The notes under the pieces are model-generated. The model ran no database searches. It was not told the DNA's origin and worked only from the letters and a program-made list of their open reading frames with translations. From Mobula hypostoma (Eukaryota), in assembly GCF_963921235.1 (NCBI RefSeq), contig NC_086109.1, forward strand, positions 32,118,001 to 32,182,000: 64,000 nt of DNA, written 5' to 3'. Of the stretch, positions 62,701-64,000 are shown in pieces. Numbering within the stretch: position 1 is the first letter of the stretch; the number at the start of each line of letters is the position of its first letter. The position numbers were made by a program, and so were the translations under genes.

Positions 62701-63055
62701 TGTCACGATATATTACACTGAGATTTGTTTTCTTGTAGGCATTCACAGTAGAACAAAGAAACACAAAAGAATCAGTGAAAAACTACATGCAATGACTGAC
62801 AAACAATGAATGTACAAAAGAAGGCAAACTGCAAATGCAAGAAAAAGTTAATAAATAGGTAAATAAATAATACTGAGAACATGAGTTGTAGAGTCCTTGA
62901 AAGTGAGGCCATAGGTTGTGGAATCAGTTCAGAGTTGTAGAGAGTGAAATTATCCACACTGGTTCAGTAGTCTGATAGTTAAAGAATAATAACTGTTCCT
63001 GAACCTGGTGTTATGGGACCTAAGGCTTCTGTACCTTTTTCCCACTGGCAGGAGG
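62701..63055 (-). mobile_element. Rex1/Babar-type 3' fragment
   Basis: Antisense of the tail seen at 36880-37175, plus AACTGTTCCTGAACCTGGTG (TRFRNS-like). Confidence 0.7.
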
Positions 63056-64000
63056 GTATTCCACCATATTCCTGACCTATGCTCTGGATATTCTAGAAAG
63101 GCTTTGTAGCGTCAATGAAGTGAGTCATTGGCAGTTTAATGTCCAACCTGTACTTGTGGCCACTGTATTTCTGCAGCCAATTGATTCTCTAGCTAAAGGT
63201 GATTGCACCCCCATATTATTGACGGTGGAACACTTGGCAACGCTCATGTCCTTAAACATCAAGAGTTAGAGATGGTCTTTGTGTTTGTAGGAAGCACTTG
63301 CTTTTGTATCATTGTGGAATTTGCAACGTTCCAGCTATTTTGAAAATTGTCATGGTTCACATCTGTCAGTGACTTGCCACTGCCACTTCTAAGATTTGTG
63401 GAAGTTAATTCAAGACCCTGAATGTGTGACCATAAACTACGAGATGCCCAGCTACCCAATGAAGTCACAATATCTTCAGATTCAAATGAAGTCACTTTCA
63501 CTAGGCTTACAGTGTGAACGAGAGTGCTGTACACACTAATGCAAGATGTAAGCCTCTCTTGCTGGAGCCTACCATCAATGGTAGACATAATTCCTGCTCA
63601 AACCAAAGGTGCATTTCAAATAGTACTGTTAACACAGAGATTGGATCTCTATCCCTTTATACTACCAAGATAATAAATGAATACATCTTATGGAAATACT
63701 ACTGTTTTCTAAAAGGTTATTTTAAAGCATTTGCCATAAATCCAAGTCCAGATAGTGTGGATTATCCAATATCAGGTTGGTCTTACAATGATTGCATTCT
63801 CAGATCAGTCAGTTCTGACATTGGCACCTGTTTTACAATGCCCAACCTCAGACTCCTCTGCATCCACATCACACCACACAAACTGAACCCATCATATCCC
63901 GGGATTGGAGCGATGATCTGCAGCACACCAGTGGGTGTATATTGGGAAAAGAAGTGTTACTATGATAAGTAAAAAAAAAAGCTTTACACAACTGAAACAG

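Noticed and set aside
63259..63972. 109-aa and 152-aa ORFs at the right end
   Set aside because: No recognisable motifs, no convincing splice signals, and they overlap on opposite strands.

Overview
This is eukaryotic, repeat-dominated, AT-rich DNA, most likely intronic or intergenic. The repeat set suggests a cartilaginous fish, probably a ray or skate (inference from HE1-like SINEs, many CR1 and Rex1/Babar LINE fragments, and Penelope-like elements). I cannot confidently identify any host protein-coding gene, and there are no rRNA genes, CRISPR arrays or prokaryotic systems. Mobile elements: (1) many decayed CR1 and Rex1/Babar fragments; (2) two RTE-derived elements; (3) about 10 Penelope-like insertions, many of them fold-back copies with target-site duplications (TSDs) carrying a minimal type-I hammerhead ribozyme motif; (4) a 5'-truncated HERO-like retrotransposon (RT plus restriction-like endonuclease); (5) an internally deleted Tigger/pogo; (6) Tc1 and piggyBac-like fragments; (7) three solo LTRs; (8) a probable ancient endogenous retrovirus (ERV) relic; (9) tRNA-derived SINEs. 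A 29-bp minisatellite starts the window. The most unusual observation is in the 3' UTR of the HERO-like element (32176-32247). All hammerhead core motifs are present there, but in a non-standard, pseudoknotted strand order: stem III-GUC-stem I strand-stem II strand-GAAA-stem III, followed by stem I strand-CUGAUGA-stem II strand. It fits none of the type I/II/III permutations and is a candidate new hammerhead topology, untested. Boundaries of old repeats are approximate, and family names come from motif recognition, not database searches.
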